This document shows, one piece after another, positions 16,819 through 26,511 of a stretch of 64,000 bases of DNA (positions are counted from its first letter, which is position 1; each line of letters opens with the position of its first letter). The position numbers and the translations under genes are program-made. Source of the DNA: Thermoanaerobaculia bacterium (lineage in GTDB: Bacteria > Acidobacteriota > Thermoanaerobaculia > Multivoradales > Multivoraceae); contig OY762911.1 of assembly GCA_963666565.1 (NCBI GenBank), positions 736,001 through 800,000 on the forward strand, written 5' to 3'. The notes beneath the pieces were generated by a model. The model had not been told where the DNA came from, made no database searches, and was given only the letters and a program-made list of their open reading frames with translations.

Positions 16819-19230
16819 CTATGCGCGGCCAACGAGGCGCTTGATGGCGCCCTTGATCGGCTCGGGCAGGCGGCGGCCGAGGCGAACGGCCTGACGTTCG
16901 AGGCGTACCGCCAGGCTCTCGCGGGCCATCGACGCCGGCCGGCGGCCGCCATCCCTGAGCCACTCCTGCTCCTCGGCGGTCAACGTCAGCGCCGCGGCGG
17001 CGACCAGTTCCTCCACCTCCCGCTCGGTGGCCGCGCCGACGATGGCGTGCAGCGGCAGGTCCTGCGCCAGCACCCAGGCGAGCGCGACCTGCGGCACGGA
17101 GGCGCCGCGGGCCTCGGCGAACTCGGTCGCCCGCTCCAGCCGCGCCAGGTTCACGCCGTGGACGTAGGCGGTGCGGCAAGCCTCGTCGACCAGCCCCGGA
17201 TCGGCCGCCAGGGCGCGGCGGGTGACGCGGCCGGAGAACAGGCCGCGCGCCAGCGACGACCAGGCGAACACAGCCATGCCCGTGCTCCGGTGCCAGGCGC
17301 GGTCGCCCGCGGCCGCGGCGCCGGTCAGCGTCACGCAGCCGCCGCCCCAGGGGTCGCGGATCTGGTCGGCGAGCGAGAAGTTGGGGCTCGACGCGGCGGG
17401 CAACGGCCGCCCGTTGGCCGCCGCGTAGTCGCAGGCCTCCTCGATCCGCGCGCGGGTCCAGTTCGAGAAGCCGTACGCGCGCAGGCGGCCGGCGGCGACG
17501 TGCTCGGCGAAGGCGTCGACCATCTCGCCGACCGGCACGGCCGCATCGTCGCGGTGCAGCATGTACAGGTCGACGGCGGGGAGCCGGAGCCGGTCGAGCG
17601 ACTCGGCGAGGTCCCGCGCCAGGGCTTCCGGGTTGACGCGCGCGCCGGAAGCGTCGGGGTGGCAGCCCTTGGAGAGGACGAAGACGTCGTCGGCGAGGCG
17701 GCGGCGTTCGAGCCACGAGCCGATGGCGCGCTCCGAGGCGCCGCCGCCGTAGACGTGGCCGGTGTCGATGCCGCAGATGCCGTTCTCGAAGGCCGCGTCG
17801 AGGAGGGCGTCGGCGGCGTCCTGGGAGGCGGGGGCGTCGCCGTCGAGGATCATCGTGCCGAGGATGAGTCGGGAGACATAGCGCGGCGGCGATTCGCCTC
17901 CGCTGGGTGCGCGGGTCTTCCGACCCGCATCGGGCGGAGCCGCGGAGCGGCGCAGACCGGAAGAATGGCCGCCGGCCGAAGGCCGGCGACGATGCTGTTC
18001 GCCGCCTTCGGCGGCATGCGGGTCAGAAGACCCGCGCACCCAGTGCGGGTCAGAAGACCCGCGCACCCAGTGCGGGTCAGAAGACCCGCGCACCCAGTGC
18101 GGGTCAGAAGACCCGCGCACCCAGTGCGGGTCGGAAGACCCGCGCACCCAGGGGACCCGCGCGTCCAGCAATCCGGATAAAACGCGGTACGTCATCGCCC
18201 GATGGCTCCCCGCCGTAACCCCGACGCTCGGCTCGAAGGGGTACTGCACGCCCATCCGGCGGCGCAGCTCGTCCATCAGTTCGAGCAGCGCGACGGACTC
18301 GGCGTGCGGCAGCAGCGGACTCTCGACGTCGCCGTCGCGGAGCATCCGTTCGACTTCGAGCGCCTGGTACTCGTAGCCGTTGCAGAGGAACGGGCACTCC
18401 AGCGAGGCGACCTCTCGCGTCTCGCACTCCAGTTCGGCCTTCTGCGCCCGCCAGAACTCGGGGATCAGGATCCTCCCGGCGTCGCCCTGGATGACGGCGG
18501 TGTCGGGTGTGGCGCGGCTGATGGAGGATTCGAGGTACGCCTCCGCCCCGCCGCCGAAGCGCAGGACGATCTTGCAGTGCCGGTCCACTCCCGACGGCGC
18601 GAGATCGGCGCGGACCTCGATCTCCGGCATCTCGCCGCCGGTCACCCGCTCGCCGAAGACGAGCGACGCCAGCGAGAGCGTGTAGCAGCCCACGTCGAGC
18701 AGGCTGCCGCCGGCAAGCGCCGGATCGTAGAGCCGGCTCGCCGCGTCGAACTGCGTCTCGAAGCCGAAGGAACAGACGAGCCGGCTCGGTTCGCCGATCG
18801 TGCCGTTCGCGATCCAGTCCGCCACCCGCCGGGTGGCCGGAAGGAAGCGGGTCCACATCGCCTCCAGCAGCGGGCGCTCGCATTCGCGGGCGATGGCGCA
18901 CAGCCGGCGGGCCTCGGAGGCGTTGACACAGAGCGGCTTCTCGCACAGCACCGCCTTGCCGTGCCGGAGCGCCAGCGCCGCGTGTTCCATGTGGCCGGGG
19001 TGCGGCGTAGCGACGTAGACCGCGTCGACCGATTCGCTGCGCACGAGGTCGCGGTAGCCGCCGGCCTCCGCCGTCCCGTAGCCGCGCTCGGCGTTGAACG
19101 CGCGCGCCCGCTCCGGGTCGCGGCTGCCGGCGGCGACGACTCTGTGACCCTCCAGTGCGTCGATGGCGGTGGCGAAGGTGCGGGCTATGGCCCCCGGACC
19201 GAGGATTCCCCAGCGGACGGCGGCGGTCAT
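16819..19230 (-). CDS. Gfo/Idh/MocA oxidoreductase fused to aldo/keto reductase, with in-frame REP insert
   Basis: WGILGPGAIA, VYVATPH, LCEKP, GGSLLDVGCY; then VSRLILGTM, IDTGHVYG, LSKGCHP, DLYMLHRD, GFSNW. Confidence 0.88.
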   Translation of the reverse strand: MTAAVRWGILGPGAIARTFATAIDALEGHRVVAAGSRDPERARAFNAERGYGTAEAGGYRDLVRSESVDAVYVATPHPGHMEHAALALRHGKAVLCEKPLCVNASEARRLCAIARECERPLLEAMWTRFLPATRRVADWIANGTIGEPSRLVCSFGFETQFDAASRLYDPALAGGSLLDVGCYTLSLASLVFGERVTGGEMPEIEVRADLAPSGVDRHCKIVLRFGGGAEAYLESSISRATPDTAVIQGDAGRILIPEFWRAQKAELECETREVASLECPFLCNGYEYQALEVERMLRDGDVESPLLPHAESVALLELMDELRRRMGVQYPFEPSVGVTAGSHRAMTYRVLSGLLDARVPWVRGSSDPHWVRGSSDPHWVRGSSDPHWVRGSSDPHWVRGSSDPHAAEGGEQHRRRPSAGGHSSGLRRSAAPPDAGRKTRAPSGGESPPRYVSRLILGTMILDGDAPASQDAADALLDAAFENGICGIDTGHVYGGGASERAIGSWLERRRLADDVFVLSKGCHPDASGARVNPEALARDLAESLDRLRLPAVDLYMLHRDDAAVPVGEMVDAFAEHVAAGRLRAYGFSNWTRARIEEACDYAAANGRPLPAASSPNFSLADQIRDPWGGGCVTLTGAAAAGDRAWHRSTGMAVFAWSSLARGLFSGRVTRRALAADPGLVDEACRTAYVHGVNLARLERATEFAEARGASVPQVALAWVLAQDLPLHAIVGAATEREVEELVAAAALTLTAEEQEWLRDGGRRPASMARESLAVRLERQAVRLGRRLPEPIKGAIKRLVGRA
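17903..18165. repeat. REPIN plus 5 x 27-bp REP array, in frame
   Basis: (WVRGSSDPH)5 followed by REPIN-encoded peptide in the oxidoreductase frame. Confidence 0.93.
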
Positions 19231-21410
19231 ACCTTCCCGCGCAACGCCTGAAGCACCAGGTCGCGGGCGCGTCGGGGCTCGTAGAGGAAGACGCGGCGGG
19301 CCTTCGGGCCGAAGCGGTAGCGCATTCCGGCCGCGCGCCGCCGCCAGCCGGCGTAGGGCCGGGCGACCGTCAGCGCGTAGTGGGCGGCGCCGGCTCGGGC
19401 ACCGCCGCCGCCGCCCGAGCCCGAGCCCTCGGCGAGGCGCCGCAACTCGTCCTGGGGCAGGCGGCGCCAGTGGACGGCGGCGGCGAGCGGCGCGATCACG
19501 TCGCCGCCGTAGGGGCGCTCGGACTCGACCCGGAAGCCGGTGCGGATCAGCCGGGCGATGTCGCTGGAGCGGGTGGCGCGGGCGCAGTCGCCTTCCACCG
19601 GCGGCATGGGCAGCCGCTCGAACCGGCGGGCGGCGGGCGGCAGCCGGCGGTAGGCGGCGGCCGCCGCGGCGCCGGTGCGGCGGTTCCACTGGTGACGGGC
19701 CGGGCCGACGTAGTCGTCGACGAAGAGGCGGCCGCCGGGTTCGAGGGCGTCGAGGATGGCGTCGAGAAGTCGCTCGAGGCGGAGGTGGGAGGACAGGCCG
19801 CCGATGCAGCAGGCGGCCTGGTAGGCAGCGGCCGGGAGGTCGGGGCGGCGAGGGTGGAGGCGAAGGCGGCGAATGAGGGCGGGAGGGGACTCCGGCTCGC
19901 CACTGGGTGCGCGGGTCTTCCGACCCGCTGCCGCCGAAGGCGGCGGAGAATCGCCGGTCGAAGACCGTCCGACAGAGGCGACGACGTCCACGCTGGCGGC
20001 GAAACCGGCGCGGAGAAGTTCGTGGGCCCACGCTTCGTCGCCGATGAGCAACACCCGGTCGAGGGGTTCTGCCGGGACATGCTCGGCAATCCAGTCGCCG
20101 GGGCTGGGGAGGGGCGAAGGCCGGGGCTCGCCGCTTCGCGGCGTCGCGCTCGGTGCGGGTCGGAAGACCCGCGCACCCAGCGGAGATTCGCTACTGGGTG
20201 CGCGGGTCTTCCGACCCGCATCCGCCGAAGGCGGAGGACAATCGCCGGCCGAAGGCCGTCCGTTCCCCGCCACGCCCGCCACGTCGGCGACGCCGCCGCT
20301 GCCGGGGCCGGCGCCAAGCTGCTCCAGCCGCTCCCCGGCCTGCTGCCGCCACTGCAGCCGGAAGTACAGCGCGTGCTTCCGCTCCGAGCACGTCCGGCAG
20401 GTCCCGCACGGATTGCCGCTGCTCAGGCCGTCGACGATCTCGGCCAGCAGCGGCGAGCGACGCACCTCGGCGAGCGAGGTCTCGGGATAGAGCCCGATCG
20501 GCTCGTCCTCCCAGAAGATGCACGGCGACACCGCGCCGTTCGGCCGCACCACCACGGTGTGCCCCGGCCAGGCGCAGCCGGCGACCGCGGTGCGGAACCG
20601 CCCCCGCAGCCGCTGCCGGTCGTAGAGCCCCGCGCGCCAGCGCATCAGCCGGCCGCGCAGGCCGATCGCGCCGCCGTCGTCGAAGTCGGGGTAGGAGACG
20701 AGACGGAGCCCGCGGGCCGCCGCGTCCTCGGCGGCCGCCGCCAGTTCGGCGCGTAGCGCGCCCGGGTCCTCGCCGTCGAGCAGTTCGTCCTCGGCGGTCA
20801 CGTGGGCGGTCGGCGCCACGAAGCGGACGTCGAGCTCGCTGGCGCCGACCTCCTCGGCGAAGCGCGGCAGGTCGAGCAGGTCGGCGCGGTTCGTCCGCAT
20901 CCACACGAAGATCAGCCGCAGCCGCGTCGAGCCGCCGCGGCGGACCTCGTTCAGCAGGTCGAGGCAACGCATCAGCCGGTCGAACTTGCCGCCCACCCGG
21001 ATCGACTCGTAGGTCTCGGCCCGGGTGCCGTCCATCGAGACGCCAACGGCGTTCACCCCGGCCTCGCAAATGGCCTCGGCCTTCGGCGGCGTCAGCGGCA
21101 GCAGGTTCGTCGGGAACCACAGGTCGGGGACGCCGTAGCCGCCGGCCTCGCGGACGATGTCGATGAACTTCGGATGAACCAGCGGCTCGGCGGCGCAGCC
21201 CAGGGCGACGCGACGGGCGCGCGGGAAGAGGTCGGCCGCTACCCGCGAGAAGGTCTCGAGCGGCATCATGCCGGTCTTCGAGAGCTCGCGGTCGAAGGGC
21301 AGGAACTGCAGCCGGTCGACGGCGGAGAAGTAGCACATCCGGCACTTCAGGTTGCAGCGCTCGGTGGTGTCGAGGATGACCTCGAGGGGGCGGCGTTGGA
21401 GGAGGGGCAT
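19227..21410 (-). CDS. Radical SAM/SPASM protein fused to a methyltransferase-like domain, with REP inserts
   Basis: CNLKCRMC, AEPLVHP, CAWP...VRPNGAVSPC, CGTCRTC; C-terminal LEPGGRLFVDDYVGP. Confidence 0.85.
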   Translation of the reverse strand: MPLLQRRPLEVILDTTERCNLKCRMCYFSAVDRLQFLPFDRELSKTGMMPLETFSRVAADLFPRARRVALGCAAEPLVHPKFIDIVREAGGYGVPDLWFPTNLLPLTPPKAEAICEAGVNAVGVSMDGTRAETYESIRVGGKFDRLMRCLDLLNEVRRGGSTRLRLIFVWMRTNRADLLDLPRFAEEVGASELDVRFVAPTAHVTAEDELLDGEDPGALRAELAAAAEDAAARGLRLVSYPDFDDGGAIGLRGRLMRWRAGLYDRQRLRGRFRTAVAGCAWPGHTVVVRPNGAVSPCIFWEDEPIGLYPETSLAEVRRSPLLAEIVDGLSSGNPCGTCRTCSERKHALYFRLQWRQQAGERLEQLGAGPGSGGVADVAGVAGNGRPSAGDCPPPSADAGRKTRAPSSESPLGARVFRPAPSATPRSGEPRPSPLPSPGDWIAEHVPAEPLDRVLLIGDEAWAHELLRAGFAASVDVVASVGRSSTGDSPPPSAAAGRKTRAPSGEPESPPALIRRLRLHPRRPDLPAAAYQAACCIGGLSSHLRLERLLDAILDALEPGGRLFVDDYVGPARHQWNRRTGAAAAAAYRRLPPAARRFERLPMPPVEGDCARATRSSDIARLIRTGFRVESERPYGGDVIAPLAAAVHWRRLPQDELRRLAEGSGSGGGGGARAGAAHYALTVARPYAGWRRRAAGMRYRFGPKARRVFLYEPRRARDLVLQALRGKV

Positions 21411-21420
21411 GGAGTTGGCC

Positions 21421-21600
21421 GGATGCGGGTCAGAAGACCCGCGCACCCAGTGGGACGGATGCGGGTCGGAAGACCCGCGCACCCAGTGGGACGGATGCGG
21501 GTCGGAAGACCCGCGCACCCAGTGGGACGGATGCGGGTCGGAAGACCCGCGCACCCAGTGGGACGGATGCGGGTCGGAAGACCCGCGCACCCAGTGGGAG
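21421..21600. repeat. REP array, 5 x 36 bp, between the glycosyltransferase and radical SAM genes
   Basis: GGATGCGGGTCRGAAGACCCGCGCACCCAGTGGGAC units. Confidence 0.93.
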
Positions 21601-21605
21601 GAGGT

Positions 21606-22772
21606 TCATGGGGGCAGCGCCTTGAGCATGGTCTGGCAGACGCCGCGGCCGGAACTCCTGCGGCGCCATACGGCGGCGATGCTAGCCGGGTCCCGTTCGC
21701 CGCGCCGCCAGGCCGCCCGTTCCTCGGCCATCGCCGCGGCCAGCGGGCCGGCGCGGTGCGCGGAGGCGACCCGGCCGTAGGCGCCTCCCTCGGACCAGCT
21801 CCGCAGGCTCGGGATCGGCGTGCCGACCACGGTCGCTCCCATCGACAGCGCCTCGCAGCCGGCGTGCGGCGCGCCCTCCCACCGCGACGAGAACACGATG
21901 AAGCGGCTGCCGGCGAGCGCGTCGGCGAGCACCTCGGGGTACTGCGGCCCGTGGTGCTCCACGTTCGGGAAGCGGCGCCCGAGCCCGCCGAACAGCTCCT
22001 CGCCGCCCGGTCCGAAGATGTCGACCGGCTCGCTCCGCGCCACGCGCCCGGCCCGGCCGAGGTAACGGGCGAGCGCGCGGACCAGGAGCGGCGCGTTCTT
22101 CTGTGGATCGTCCCAGCGGCCGATGGCCACCATGCCGCGCCGCTCGCGCCCAAGGTCGGGCGACTCGACGTAGACGCGGTTGATGGCGAGGGGAGCGACG
22201 TGGACCCGGTCGGCCAGGCCGGGCGCGCCCGCCCGGCGCAGGAAGCGGCGGAAGTGGGTCCGCGCCTCCTCGCAGCCGAGGATCAACGCGTCGGACGATT
22301 CGGCGCTGCGGACGAACTCGGCGTCCTGCGGGTCGGCGCGGCGGAACGAGAGCAGGTAGCGCTTGGCCACGAAGCGAAGCTGCCGCATCTGGCGCCGGCG
22401 GTCGGCGACGCCGGAGAAGACCTTCCGGCGCAACGTCGCGAGGGGGAACGCGCGAAGACCCATCTGGCCGTCGGAGTCGCCCATGGCGATCGTCAGCGCA
22501 CCGGCGGCGCGGATCGTCTCCAGCAGGGCCGACATCTGGTGGAAGGAGGGCACGATCGCGACATCGACGGCGAGGCCGCGCCAGAACGCCTCGTCTTCCA
22601 GGCCGCCGCCCCGCGGCGACGCGATGGGCACGGGAAAGCCGTCGTTCGAGGACTCCGGGCAGGCGACGACCGCCTCGTGGCCGAGCGTCTCCAGCCCGCG
22701 GACGTACTCCTCGAAGCGGAAACTGCACTGGCTCAGCGGCGTACCGTAGTTCCAGACGACCGCGACCCGCAT
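21606..22772 (-). CDS. Glycosyltransferase, GT4 family
   Basis: AIGRWDDPQKN, FSSRWEGAPHAGCEALSMG (EX7E). Confidence 0.88.
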   Translation of the reverse strand: MRVAVVWNYGTPLSQCSFRFEEYVRGLETLGHEAVVACPESSNDGFPVPIASPRGGGLEDEAFWRGLAVDVAIVPSFHQMSALLETIRAAGALTIAMGDSDGQMGLRAFPLATLRRKVFSGVADRRRQMRQLRFVAKRYLLSFRRADPQDAEFVRSAESSDALILGCEEARTHFRRFLRRAGAPGLADRVHVAPLAINRVYVESPDLGRERRGMVAIGRWDDPQKNAPLLVRALARYLGRAGRVARSEPVDIFGPGGEELFGGLGRRFPNVEHHGPQYPEVLADALAGSRFIVFSSRWEGAPHAGCEALSMGATVVGTPIPSLRSWSEGGAYGRVASAHRAGPLAAAMAEERAAWRRGERDPASIAAVWRRRSSGRGVCQTMLKALPP

Positions 22773-22808
22773 GATGGGGTGACGCTACCGGACGCCGCTG
22801 GAGTACGG

Positions 22809-22987
22809 CTGGGTGCGCGGGTCTTCCGACCCGCTCTCGGGCGAAGCCGCGGAGCGGCGAAGCCCGGACAATAGGGCCGCCGGCCAAAGGCCGGCGACGA
22901 TGTTCCCGCCGCCTGCGGCGGCAAGCGGGTCAGAAGACCCGCGCACCCAGTGGGCGCACCCAGCGGGCACCAGCGGCACCCGGTGCA
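22809..22987. repeat. Type-A REPIN plus leader repeats
   Basis: Inverted REP pair at about 22809-22950. Confidence 0.9.
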
Positions 22988-22988
22988 G

Positions 22989-24941
22989 TCAATCGCAGGG
23001 AAACGCGTAGTTGTCGCTGAGGCTCGCCGCGGTCTCCCCCAGCCGGTTGTGCAGACTCCAGTTGCGCCCCGCGGCATCCTGCACGTACAGGTTGAACGCG
23101 AGGTCCGTCACCGGGGCGACGTACACCCAGCGATGCGCGTTCAGGTGGCAGCCGTCGAGCACCTTGACCAGCACTTCCGCGTTGTCGCGGCTGAAGAACC
23201 ACAGCAGGCCCGCCTCCCCCGACGCCCAGATGCCGGACTTGGCTTCGCCGACCTCTCCCGACGCCGTCTCGTAGCACATGGCGACCTTGACGCCGTTCCC
23301 GAAGGCGAGCGGAACCGTCTCCGGGCGGCAGTCCGTGTAGCCGGGGCCATCGGGCGAACCCGGCAGGGGACCGAGCCCCGTATCGGGATCCGGGTCGGGG
23401 TCGGGGTCCGGGTCCGGATCGGGCTCGGGTTCCTCGGCGGGCACCGGGTACAGGTAGCGCGCCGCCGCCTCGTCGTCTTCGTTCAGTCGCGCCCCGCGGC
23501 CGTCGCCGTGAGCGTACGCCCGCATGAGCGCCTCGCCGGTCACCTCGTCGCACGGCCCGCTGGCGTCGTCGCCGCAGGGGTGGCCGATCCCGATCACGTG
23601 GCCGAGTTCATGGCCCATGATCTCTTCGTGGGCCTTGCGCGGGTTGGCCCTGGCGCTCACCCACCGCTCGTAGCCGTCCTGGGTGGTGACGTTCGACTCG
23701 ACGATCGCGAGCGCCTCCACCGAGTCGTTGCCCGGAACCCGGTGCGTCTCCGCCGAAGCGTCGCAGTAGAAGAAGGTGTAGGTGATGGCGATGACGCCGC
23801 TCTCGCCGGGTTCGTAGGACCCGGAGATCTCGTCGAACGGGTCCTCCCAGGAGATCGAGTTCACTCCGTCCACGTCGTCGATCAGGAACTCGCGGTTCGA
23901 CGTGCCCTCGAGAGCGAGCCGGACGCGAGCGCCCGAGACGCCGTTCCAGGCGCGGATGCCGGCGCGCACTTCCGCGAGGCCGCCGCCGGGAACGCCGGGC
24001 TGGCCTCCCGCCTGGACGGTCATGCCCACGCTCCGGCCGCGGTCGAACTCCCGCCAGCGAAGCGCCAGACCGTCGTGGAGGCACTCGGCGGGGCTTCGCG
24101 TGACGCGGAACGGCATGGCGACCGAGAGCGGCTCGCCGGGACGCTCCGCGAGGAAGTAGTCGGCGGGGCGCGCGACGCCGGCGGCGCGGTCGGCGATCCA
24201 GCGGCGGAAGGCGGCCGCGTCGCGCGGCTGGCCGCGGCGCGCGCGCTCGGCTGCCGCGGCGTCGGTCGGCGCCGCGGTTTCGGCCCGCGCCGACGCCTCC
24301 CGCAGCAGCACGGCGCCGCGGCCGCGCTCGACCTCGAAGAACATCCCGACCGCCAGCTCGACCGGACGGTAGACGTCTTCGCCGGCGTCGCGGTCGACGT
24401 CGCGATCGAGGAAGAGGAGCACCCGGTCTCCCTCGGCGAGGATCGGCAGGCCGATGACCTTCATGGCCAGGCCGCCGGGGCCGACGCCGCCGGGCTGGCG
24501 GACGAGGATCGTGCCGGCGGGGGCGGAGCCCTTGAGGACCTGCTCGATGGAGATGATGGAGTCGGTGGAGGGCGGGCGCGTGCCGGGGGCCGGGGAGGCG
24601 GCGAGGACCTGGCCGTAGACGATGAGGGGGGAGCGGTCGACGAGGGATTCGTCGGCGGGGAGGATGTAGACGAGGGCGGTCGCGGGGGACGCGAGGAGGG
24701 TGATGGCGAGGAGGGTGGCGGCGGCCAGGAAGGAGCCGGCCTGGCGGCCGGCGCGGTTTGTTTGAGTGCGGGTCAGAAGACCCGCGCACCCAGTGCGGGT
24801 CAGAACCCGGCTGGCGCGTCCCCGCGCCAGCCGCGTCACAGTCCGAGCGCCCGTCTTCGGGCGGTCGGATGTCAGACCCGCGCACCCAGTGGCCCACCCG
24901 GTCATGGCGCTATTCGGCGCATGGGAAGGCCTCGGTGTCAC
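22989..24941 (-). CDS. Secreted metzincin-like metalloprotease with (PD)n linker and Cys-rich C-terminal domain
   Basis: HELGHVIGIGH, ALMR Met-turn, PDPDPD linker, WFFSRDNAEVLVKVLDGC...AFPC; start uncertain because of REP inserts in the N-terminal region. Confidence 0.85.
   Translation of the reverse strand: MTPRPSHAPNSAMTGWATGCAGLTSDRPKTGARTVTRLARGRASRVLTRTGCAGLLTRTQTNRAGRQAGSFLAAATLLAITLLASPATALVYILPADESLVDRSPLIVYGQVLAASPAPGTRPPSTDSIISIEQVLKGSAPAGTILVRQPGGVGPGGLAMKVIGLPILAEGDRVLLFLDRDVDRDAGEDVYRPVELAVGMFFEVERGRGAVLLREASARAETAAPTDAAAAERARRGQPRDAAAFRRWIADRAAGVARPADYFLAERPGEPLSVAMPFRVTRSPAECLHDGLALRWREFDRGRSVGMTVQAGGQPGVPGGGLAEVRAGIRAWNGVSGARVRLALEGTSNREFLIDDVDGVNSISWEDPFDEISGSYEPGESGVIAITYTFFYCDASAETHRVPGNDSVEALAIVESNVTTQDGYERWVSARANPRKAHEEIMGHELGHVIGIGHPCGDDASGPCDEVTGEALMRAYAHGDGRGARLNEDDEAAARYLYPVPAEEPEPDPDPDPDPDPDPDTGLGPLPGSPDGPGYTDCRPETVPLAFGNGVKVAMCYETASGEVGEAKSGIWASGEAGLLWFFSRDNAEVLVKVLDGCHLNAHRWVYVAPVTDLAFNLYVQDAAGRNWSLHNRLGETAASLSDNYAFPCD
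24766..24890. repeat. REP plus type-B element (REP with two hairpins replacing its loop)
   Basis: Near-identical to 47277-47372; related to 52461-52554. Confidence 0.85.
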
Positions 24942-26262
24942 TCCGGGTGGACGCCGTGTCGCCCAGGCGGTTGTGGTGCGACCAGGTGCGGCCTTCGCTG
25001 TCCACGACGTGGAGGTTGAAGGCGAGGTCGGTCACCGGGGCGACGTAGACCCAACGGTGGTTGTTGTAGAAGCAGCCGTTCAGCACCTTGATCAGCACTT
25101 CCGCGTTGTCGCGGGTGAAGAACCACAGCAGGCCGGATTCGCCGGACGCCCAGATGCCTGCCTTGCCCTCGCCCACCGTGCCTTCGGCCGTCTCGTAGCA
25201 CATGCGGACGCTGTAGCCGCCGTCGAAGACGAGCGGCGTGGTTGCCGGCACGCAGTCGGTGTAGCCCGGTCCGGTGGGCGGACCGTCGCCCGGATCGGGG
25301 TCGGGCGTCGGATCGGGCGTGGGGTCCGGGTCGGGATCGGGATCCGGATCGGGATCGGGGTCCGGGTCGGTGGCCGGGTGGTCCACGGCCAGGCGGATGC
25401 CGTAGGGTCCCGATTCCGAGTCGGGCTGCCAGGCTTCCCAGTCGCGGTCCGCCGTCGAGCGAGCCCGGAAAGCGCGCCGGCCCGCGGAGTTGTCCGTGTC
25501 CACGGCCAGTAGCTTCGTGTCGCTGACCGGGGCGCCGCGCCGCCACGAGACGGCGAGCCAGACGTGGCCGGCGGCGAGCGACTGGCCGGCCAGGTCGCCA
25601 GCCAGCCGGAAGCAGTCGTAGGTGCCGGCCTGCTCGAGCCGGCTGGCGACCTCGTAGGCGGCCAGCCCGTCGCCCGGCACGCCGCCAGCGTTGGAGTAGA
25701 ACGTCAGCGTGAAGGCCACGTCGGGGCTCTCGTCCTCCTGCGAGCGCCCGAAGCACGCCTCGGCGTAGGCGACCGTGCCCGCGCTCGGCAGCTCGAACCG
25801 CTGGGCGAACTCCATCTCGTAGAGGGGATCGTCGGTCGCTTCGTCGACCAGCCAGAGGAACTCCTCGAAGCTGTCGTCGTCGTACTCGTAGACCTGGGTG
25901 GCGGGCTGGGAGACACTGACGGGGGCGGCGGCGCCGGGGACGGCGGCGCCAAGGCTGCGTACCGAGACGGGGGCGGCGGCGGGCCGTTCGACGAGGCGGA
26001 GGCGCTCGGCCTGCACGACGGCGCGCGGTTCGGGCGCCAGGAGGTCGCGGCCGGCCTGGGCGGCGAGGGGCGGGGCGAGGAAGATGAGAGCGAGGAGGGA
26101 GGCGAAGGACGGCCTTCGGCCGGCGGTTCTCCGCCGCCTTCGGCGGCAGCGGGTCAGAGGACCCGCGCACCCAGGGCGGGTCGAAAGACCCGCGTACCCG
26201 GTGCGGGACGCGAGCGAGATCGGCGAGGCGGGGCAACCGGGGGCGGGGGTCCGGCGGGTCAT
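24910..26262 (-). CDS. Secreted protein with (PD)n linker and Cys-rich C-terminal domain
   Basis: AGGAGG RBS; signal h-region LLALIFLAPPLAA; YEYDD domain; WFFTRDNAEVLIKVLNGC...AFPC. Confidence 0.85.
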   Translation of the reverse strand: MTRRTPAPGCPASPISLASRTGYAGLSTRPGCAGPLTRCRRRRRRTAGRRPSFASLLALIFLAPPLAAQAGRDLLAPEPRAVVQAERLRLVERPAAAPVSVRSLGAAVPGAAAPVSVSQPATQVYEYDDDSFEEFLWLVDEATDDPLYEMEFAQRFELPSAGTVAYAEACFGRSQEDESPDVAFTLTFYSNAGGVPGDGLAAYEVASRLEQAGTYDCFRLAGDLAGQSLAAGHVWLAVSWRRGAPVSDTKLLAVDTDNSAGRRAFRARSTADRDWEAWQPDSESGPYGIRLAVDHPATDPDPDPDPDPDPDPDPTPDPTPDPDPGDGPPTGPGYTDCVPATTPLVFDGGYSVRMCYETAEGTVGEGKAGIWASGESGLLWFFTRDNAEVLIKVLNGCFYNNHRWVYVAPVTDLAFNLHVVDSEGRTWSHHNRLGDTASTRSDTEAFPCAE

Positions 26263-26334
26263 GGGGCGAGTCCTCCTTGGGTCAGTGCACGACCACCCGT
26301 GCGAAGGACACTAGTGCAAGAGGCGCGCCAGTGC

Positions 26335-26505
26335 TGTGGGGTGCGCTGGGTGCGCCGGGTGCGCGGGTCTTCCGACCCGCTCCCGGGCGACGCCGCGGAG
26401 CGGCGGAGACCGGAGAGAACGGCCGCCGGCCGGAGGCCGGCGACGATGTCGGAGGCCGCCTTCGGCGGCATGCGGGTCAGAAGACCCGCGCACCCAGGGC
26501 ACCCG
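26335..26505. repeat. Type-A REPIN
   Basis: Inverted REP pair at about 26357-26496. Confidence 0.9.
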
Positions 26506-26511
26506 GCGGGG

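Noticed and set aside
23385-23432. (PD)n hexamer repeats (also about 25295-25370 and 26925-26965) as contingency loci
   Set aside because: Codons vary synonymously; these are ordinary protein linkers.
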